A DNA stretch of 63,418 bases, filler included, from Candidatus Desantisbacteria bacterium CG1_02_49_89 (GTDB taxonomy: Bacteria; Desantisbacteria; UBA1551): the NCBI GenBank assembly GCA_001871075.1. It is 4 parts of 4 records of this genome, joined end to end, with 100 filler letters (N's around TTAATTAATTAA, not from the genome) between each part and the next. Parts side by side here need not be neighbours in the genome. Positions count along the whole stretch, not along the records: positions 50,896 to 57,823 come from MNUP01000139.1; positions 57,924 to 63,418 come from MNUP01000116.1; 2 more parts are not named here. The stretch is one strand, 5' to 3'. Made by a program: the position numbers and the translations under genes. Positions 57,359 through 63,418 of this stretch are shown here, in pieces. The notes under the pieces were generated by a model. That model was not told the origin of the DNA and did no database searches. It saw only the letters and a program-made list of their open reading frames with translations. Every line of letters starts with the position of its first letter. Position 1 is the first letter of the stretch.

Positions 57359-57823
57359 CCGCATACAGTCCCTGCATGTCATTGATTCTTATCTGCACCA
57401 GTTCCAGGAACGAGTTCAGGCTGTCCTTAAACAGGCGGACCTTCGTGGTGGAGGAATTCAGCCAGCGCACGGGAACTTCCTTGATCTTATATCCGTATTT
57501 CTCCGCCAGGAAGAATAATTCAACGTCAAAACCCCAGCGCTCCAGACGGCTGATGCCGTAAAGGCGGTGCGCGACCTCCCTGCGGTAGCATTTAAAACCG
57601 CAGTTGAAATCACGGACGATGCCCGTGACGAACGCTTTTGCCAGCATATAAAAGATCCTGCCCATGAACTCCCTGTGCCGGGCCTGGTGCACCTGCACGA
57701 CCGAATCCTTCAGCTTCCGCGAACCCACGACGATATCGTATCCCTGGCTGAAATACGGAAGCAGCTTGTCCAGCTCCTCAAACGGCGCTGACAGGTCCGC
57801 GTCGGTAAAAAGCACGTATTTGC
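57348..57823 (-). CDS. GT2 polyprenol-phosphate glycosyltransferase (Dol-P-Glc synthase-like), 5'-truncated
   Basis: FTDADLS, VVGSR, D.NCGFK, GFDVE, EVPVRW. Confidence 0.88.
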
Positions 57824-57923
57824 NNNNNNNNNNNNNNNNNNNNNNNNNNNNNNNNNNNNNNNNNNNNTTAATTAATTAANNNNNNNNNNNNNNNNNNNNN
57901 NNNNNNNNNNNNNNNNNNNNNNN
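57824..57923. other. Artificial contig linker
   Basis: N44-TTAATTAATTAA-N44. Confidence 0.98.
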
Positions 57924-60900
57924 CTTTTGGCATCCGGGACAAAGAACATCTATTACAAAGATATGAATTTCGGCAGTCCCGTAATAGGGGCAAGCCATTG
58001 GGACCTTACGCCTGACACACAGGTACAAACAATACAGGTATCCAGGTTCGTGTTTATGACCCCCCAGAGACAGGTTAAAGCCGGGGTGCCAACGGACGCA
58101 GTCACCATAGAAGCGCAGGACGAGAACGGGCATATAGACAGCTCGTTCAGCGATTACGCGCTGCTTGGCACCGGTTCCGCGGCAGGCTGTTTCTCCCTGG
58201 ACCAGGTTCCGTGGTCGAACATAGGCGCTATAACCCTTGTTTCAGGCCAGGGAAGCTTCTACTACAAAGACGAATCCACAGGATATCCGGTCATAAGCGC
58301 TTCCAGAACAGACCTTTCAATGACCTCGGGCACGCAGGCAGAAACGATTGTGTTCGGCGCGATAAAAATGAAGATAACTTCCTCTCCTGGAAATGAAAGG
58401 GCTGGCTGGCCGATAAGCATGGCTGTTCAGGCGCAGACAAACACAGGCGCGCTTGACCCGGGCATAACGGCTACCCCGGTTGATCTCGCGACCACTTCGG
58501 GTGACGGGCATTTCTCCGCAAGCAGCACGGAATGGATAGACATAAACCAGGCTAACCTTGAATCAGGCCAGGCAGTATTCTACTACCTGGACCACAACCT
58601 GGGCTCACCCGTGATCACCGTTTCAAAAACCGGATATTATTCCGATACGCAGGCGCAGACCATATATTACGGAGCTACAGGATTCAGCATTACCACGGAA
58701 TTCAGGACCTTCATAGCCGGGCTTTCCTCAGATTCCATAGCCGTTGAAGCCCTTACCGACGCAAGCCAGGTTGACACAACCTTTAACGGAACTGCAACGC
58801 TTTCCGCGTCTTCAAACAGCGGCACCTTCTCAACCAGCAAGACACAATGGTCTGACACGACAGCGCTCAGATTCTCTCAGGGAAAGGCCGTATTCTATTA
58901 CAAAGACAGGATAATAGGCTCCCCGTCCATTACCGTGAGCAGAAATAACTATAATTCCGCTGCACAGGATCAGAGCGTTATTTACGGGGCAATAAAATTA
59001 AAAATAACGACGGCGCCCAAGGCCGCAAGGGCAGGATATCCTACCGATTATATCGCGGTCGCGGCCCTGACCGACGCGGATGATACCGACGTCAGCCAGA
59101 ACGAGGCAATCTATCTCTACAGCACTTCGGGGAACAGCGCTTCATTCTCAGCGAGCAGCACCGAGTGGGCTGACATCAACCAGGTCACACTCGTTAACGG
59201 CATCGGGATATTCTCTTACAAGAACAAAAAAACAGGGCGGGCGGTAATAACGGTTTCACGGCCCGACCTGTACCCGTATTCGGACACGCAGGCGGAAACC
59301 GTAGCCTACGGCGCAATCAAATTCGCGATAAGAACCCCGGAGAGAACGGCAAAAGCCGGGATGCCCACCGCAATCATCCAGGCCGTGTCACAGACAGACA
59401 CAGGCGAAACAGATGTAAGCTTTACGGGGACCGCGGCGCTTATTACGACTTCCCTGAACGGATCTTTCTCAATAAGCAGCACCCAGTGGGCTGACACCAG
59501 CATAATAACCTTTACGTCAGGCATCAGCCGGTTTTATTACATGGACGAAAACGACGGCAGGCCGACAATAACCGTGACCAGGGACGATTTCTATCCTGGC
59601 GGGCAGCAGGAAACCATCGCGTACGGCGCGATAAAACTTGTGATAACTTCCGCAGCGAGGACAGCCAAAGCGGGCATTCCCGCGGATTCCATCACCGTTG
59701 AGGCGCAGACCAATAAGGGCGTGCTTGACACTTCCATAGGCGGGACCGTCGTGCTTTCCACAAGCTCGGGGAATTCCGGCTCGTTCTCGATCGACCGCGC
59801 GCTCTGGGCCAGCACAAGCACGATCACTCTTTCAGGCGGCCAGGCAGCGTTCTACTATAAAGACCATAAAACAGGCGCGCCGGTTATCACGGCCAGCAGA
59901 AGCTCGTCCGACCTTTTGCCCGCAACCCAGACCGAAACCATAATCTACGGCGCCATTAAAATGAAGATCTCGTCACCTCCGAGAACAGTGTACGCCGGAA
60001 CCGCTTCGGAATCGATCATAGTCCAGGCGCTGACCGATACTGACGCTGTTGATACCGGTTATAGCCAGCCGGTGACATTTACCGTTGAATCAGGACTGGG
60101 AACCTCGGAAATTTCCGCGGATAACGGGATCTCATGGACACCCTATACCCTTGGTCTGAACTTTAACTGCGGCGAAACTTTTGTATATGTGAAAAACCTA
60201 AACTACGAAACCGCGGTGATCACCGTAACAAACGCTGATTTTACCCCGGATTCTCAGGCAATAACCTTCACAGTTTCCCGCCTGGTGATCACCACTCTGC
60301 AGCAGACAGTTAAGGCGGGTTACCCGACAGATTTCATAACAGTGGAAGCCAGGGATGAAAACGGGCGGCTGGACCCGAATTACGGCGGGACAGTAACCCT
60401 TTCCACGACTTCCAACACCGGCTTTTTCTCCGTGAACAGGTTCACATGGAAAAATACCACAACGATATTTCTCAGTGCCGGGGCAGCGTCGTTCTATTAC
60501 AGGGATTTCGCGCCGGGAATCCCGGATATAACGGTCTCAAGGGAAGGGCTCATACCCGGAGTGCAACCGGTAACGATCGAATACGGCGCCTCAAAGCTTG
60601 CCATTATAACCCCGCAGAGAACGATTGTTGCGGGCGCTATATCAGATTCTATGGTGATCCAGGCGCAGACCTGCACCGGGGCCCTTGACGCCGGTATAAC
60701 CGGCGTGAACATCCAGCTGCTGACCGCTTCTTCAACAGGCGCGTTCTCGGATACCAACGCTTTCTGGAACGAGCTGTCCCCGTCCGAAATAACACTTGTG
60801 GACGGCGAGGCGCGGGTATATTATAAGGATTATTCCACCGGCGTTAAATTGATCAGCGCGGCAAGGGACGGGCTGCTTTCCGCGACACAGAACGAGACAA

Positions 60901-63418
60901 TAGTTGCCGGCGCGATAAAACTGAAAATAACCACCGCAGGAAAAACAATCAGGGCAGGGGACGTTTCAACCGCGGTCAACATCCAGGCATGGACCTGCGC
61001 TGACGCCCTATACGCGTCTTATCCGGCAGCGAACACGATAACGCTTTATACGAGCAGCGAAAGCGGCCAGTTCTCGACCACAGGCAGCCCTCCATGGAAC
61101 CCCAGCGGCTGCACGATCACCCTCGCGGGCGGGCAGCGTAATGTTTTCTACAGGGATTTCCTGATGGGCAGGCCTGTGATCACGGTAACGCGGTACAACG
61201 CTGACCTCGCGCCTGACTACCAGGAAGAAACAATAACTTCCTCAAAGCTCAAGATCACTTCCCCTTCAAGGACGGCAAAAGCCGGTCTGCCCACTGACAG
61301 CATCACTGTCGAGGTCTGGGATGAGGCAGGCAATTTTGACGGGACATTCAGCGGGACAGCAGCGCTTTCTTCGTCATCGGTGACAACGCCGACATTCTCG
61401 GTCAGCCAGACAAGCTGGATAAACGTCACCGTCATTAATATCGTGAACGGGAGAACGCTCTTTTATTACAAGGACAAAGGGAGCGGAAGCCCCAATATAA
61501 TCCTGACAAACTCCTACCTGCGGTCTGATTCACAGGTGCAGACAATAACGGGCGGCGCGATAAGGCTCCAGTTCAAACCTGTTGCATCGACAAAAGCCGG
61601 GTCCCCGACAAACGAAATAACCCTGCAGGCAACGTCAGACACGGGGCTGATGGACGTATCCTGGAACTGCACCGTTTCGCTGTTCAACACCACCGGGAAT
61701 TCAGGTTCCTTCTCAGTAACGCACAATCCCTGGGTTAATACAAGCGTTATAACGCTGTCAAACGGGGAAGTAAAGCTGTATTACAAGGACAGGAAAACAG
61801 GCCAGTCAAAAATAAGCGGGTACGCGTATGACCTGCTGCCCGACACTCTGACCGTGACCATCCTTTACGGGGCAATAAAACTGAAGATCGAGAACGATAC
61901 CCAGGTGATCACGATAACCCCGTATTCGCCTTCCGGAGCCATTAAGGCGTTCGCCCTGACAGACACCAACGATATAGACAAGACCTACTCGGAAACGGTT
62001 GTCTGGATAACCGACGGCCCGAACGGGTGTTTCAACGACCAGTATGTCCCGATCACAGATCCTTCATGGGACAACACGGGCGCAATTTCATTAAAAACGA
62101 TACAGGGCGTGTGCACGATCTACTACAAGGATATCGACCTGGGCACAAGGACACTGACCGCAAGTATATGGAATAACACGTTCAACCCCGACACCCTGAC
62201 AGTAAGGGTGCAAAGGGGCGTGCCTGCGATCCAGAACGCTTCCGCAAGTCCTTACTGGTTCAGCCCGGACGCGAGCGGCTGGAAAGACACTTCCGTTATT
62301 TCATATTACCTTAAGGATGAGGACGATGTTGCTGACAGCGTTATTATTCATATATATGACAAACTGGGCAATACCATAACAACGCTTGTGAACGGCCAGA
62401 CCAGGATAACCAATACCTATTCCTATCAAACGTGGAACGGGACAGGGAACACCGGCGAGGACACCTACTACGCGTGGATAGACGCGTTCGACCCGACAGG
62501 CCTGAGGGCTTCCGATTACGGCAACGCGGACAGCTGCTTTATTGAAATTGACCTTGCGGCACCTTATACCGGTTCAGTGTTCATCAACAACAACGCTCAA
62601 TACGCTGACAACGTCGTCGTAACGCTAAGCCTTTCTTCCGCTGACACACTCTCAGGCGTCGGGGAAGTGCTTGCAAGCAATAACCCCGGGTTCGCAGGCG
62701 CGCAAGTCCTTCCGTATTCCTCGCAGGTGACCTGGACCCTCGCGGGGAACGATACGCAGGTCGTTTACGCGCGGTTCATGGACCTTGCGGGAAATATGTC
62801 CGCGGTTTACAGCGACACGATATTTATCGACACAGGCCCGCCCAGGATCGCGTGGACAGACCCGTTCAGCGGCGAAACCGACGTTTATTACCTGACAAAT
62901 GTTATCGCGCAATTCACGAAAAGAATGGAAGTTTCGACCATCAACACGGACACTGTCAGGATGTCTTATGTTGTCGGCACACAGATATATTACGTCACGG
63001 GGACCATATCTTACAACTCTATAAGCTTCCAGGTAACCTTCGACCCGTCAATAACGCTTACATACCTGAGAACTTATAATATGACAATCTACGGCGGAGG
63101 CACGGGTGTCAAGGACATATTCGGCACACCAATGGCAAGCCATTACACCTGGCCCTTTACGGTGGGTATTGAAGACGACACCCCGCCCTGGGGCTGGGTC
63201 AAGATCAACAACGGCAACCCGTACACGAACACCTCGCCCGTCGCTTTGTACATCTACGGCGCTGACACGCACGGCTACGTGGCAACAGTCTGGATAGGGG
63301 ATTCTCCGGGCATAGGCCTGGCAAATATCCTGTGCAACAGCAATCCTTTCACCGGGATAATAAGCTGGCCGGTAAAAGGGCTTACGACAGGCGAAAGCGA
63401 CGCGCTCAGGACGGTATA
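57924..63418 (+). CDS. Giant repetitive surface protein, partial at both ends (more than 1830 codons): about 14 Ig-like repeats of about 105 aa, then FlgD-like and SbsA/Big-like domains
   Basis: Frame from 57924 (LLASGTKNIYYKD...) is still open at the window end (...ISWPVKGLTTGESDALRTV); FYYKD-type motif about every 320 bp from 57951 to 62120; WFSPDASG.KD...IYD..GN...WNG; RFMDLAGN; absent from the ORF track, presumably because no stop is reached. Confidence 0.88.

Noticed and set aside
22171-57923. TTAATTAATTAA palindromes within N-runs, and ORFs that run into them
   Set aside because: Identical 100-nt artificial linkers; the stops and gene adjacencies across them are not biological.
58211-63297. 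Short ORFs listed in the last contig
   Set aside because: All overlap the single long open plus-strand frame and reflect its repeat structure.
1-63418. tRNA or rRNA genes
   Set aside because: No cloverleaf with a T-loop GTTCGA context or rRNA-like stretch was recognised by eye; tRNAscan-SE and barrnap would confirm.

Overview
Bacterial draft-genome or MAG sequence made of four contigs (1-22170, 22271-50795, 50896-57823, 57924-63418) joined by artificial 100-nt N44-TTAATTAATTAA-N44 linkers, so adjacency across the gaps means nothing. The genes suggest an anaerobic sugar degrader, probably diderm. They include five Gfo/Idh/MocA oxidoreductases, GH2, GH38-like and two GH106-like hydrolases, MFS and ABC transporters, two URO-D-family proteins, xylB, cimA, yajQ, radC, ribBA and a folB-fhs-fchA-folD one-carbon operon. 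There is also a GT2/GT-C/FkbM/small-flippase glycosylation cluster, two AT-rich toxin-antitoxin plus TPR islets, a partial Y1 (RAYT-like) transposase, and a repeat-rich surface protein of more than 1830 aa that the ORF track missed. The most striking signal is non-coding. Most of the longer intergenic spacers are built from 7-, 8- or 9-nt tandem arrays, often as left-arm/right-arm inverted pairs. Some occur as discrete dispersed copies about 90% identical to each other, some have entered genes in frame, and tiny hairpins are nested inside them. One arm pair encloses a GxxExxY PD-(D/E)XK nuclease gene and also occurs empty elsewhere. This suggests a poorly characterised nuclease-plus-repeat mobile system (inference). 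Gene calls come from motif recognition only; no database searches were run.
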